Assembly (NCBI GenBank): GCA_003650545.1
Contig: QMQO01000011.1
Coordinates: 1-36,139, forward strand
DNA: 36,139 nt
Direction: 5' to 3'
Source of the DNA: Candidatus Woesearchaeota archaeon
GTDB taxonomy: Archaea > Nanobdellota > Nanobdellia > Woesearchaeales > B72-G16
Part shown: positions 36,021 through 36,139 of the stretch, in pieces
How the letters are laid out: every line of letters begins with the position of its first letter
Position numbering within the stretch: the stretch's first letter is position 1
Translations under genes and position numbers: made by a program
The notes under the pieces: generated by a model
Told to the model about the DNA's origin: nothing
Seen by the model: the letters and a program-made list of their open reading frames with translations, nothing else
The model's database searches: none

Positions 36021-36139
36021 ATGAACCTCCTTGGGCTAAAGCCCAAGGTATCGATTAAGCAAAAGAGCCGAGCTTCTTTTGCTGTGGTAAATCCCAATGA
36101 CCTTGGGAATGTGAAACGTAATGCTGAATTGTTTCGGCT
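36021..36139 (+). mobile_element. Hairpin-rich element resembling an IS200/IS605-family end or associated structured RNA, truncated by the window edge
   Basis: TGAAC-CT-CCTTGGGC-TAAA-GCCCAAGG-TATC followed by three more stems. Confidence 0.45.

Overview
AT-rich archaeal DNA (TATA/BRE promoters, GAGGTG ribosome-binding sites, form III RuBisCO, Taw3, class III signal-peptide proteins). The gene repertoire most resembles a DPANN archaeon such as Woesearchaeota; this assignment is an inference. Left end: a catalytically complete form III RuBisCO and two hypothetical genes. From about 3.5 to 28 kb: a minus-strand Tad/type IV pilus-like surface locus. It encodes a wHTH plus helical-repeat protein, a TadA/VirB11-type ATPase, two T2SS-F platform proteins, an Ig-like secreted protein, seven class III signal-peptide proteins, Cys-rich adhesin-like proteins, a 1552-aa lipoprotein subtilase with FG-GAP repeats and a methyltransferase. 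The pilin cluster is interrupted at 12.2-16.7 kb by a rearranged accessory segment. This contains a ~120-bp internally deleted IS110/IS1111-like element with 15-bp inverted repeats, inserted at the start codon of a small MBL-fold gene and now supplying its only in-frame start. It also contains a second IS-end-like site, a 157-bp duplicate of an adhesin module, a frameshifted fossil Cys-repeat and a dockerin-bearing Cys-rich protein. Right part: S-layer-like protein, bacterial-type MBL hydrolase, taw3, MNT-HEPN fusion, double Fis-HTH protein, degenerate HD/SpoT-like protein, and a hairpin-rich element (IS200/IS605-end or omega-RNA-like) running off the right edge. No CRISPR, rRNA or tRNA was recognised. 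All calls were made by eye from motifs; no searches were run.
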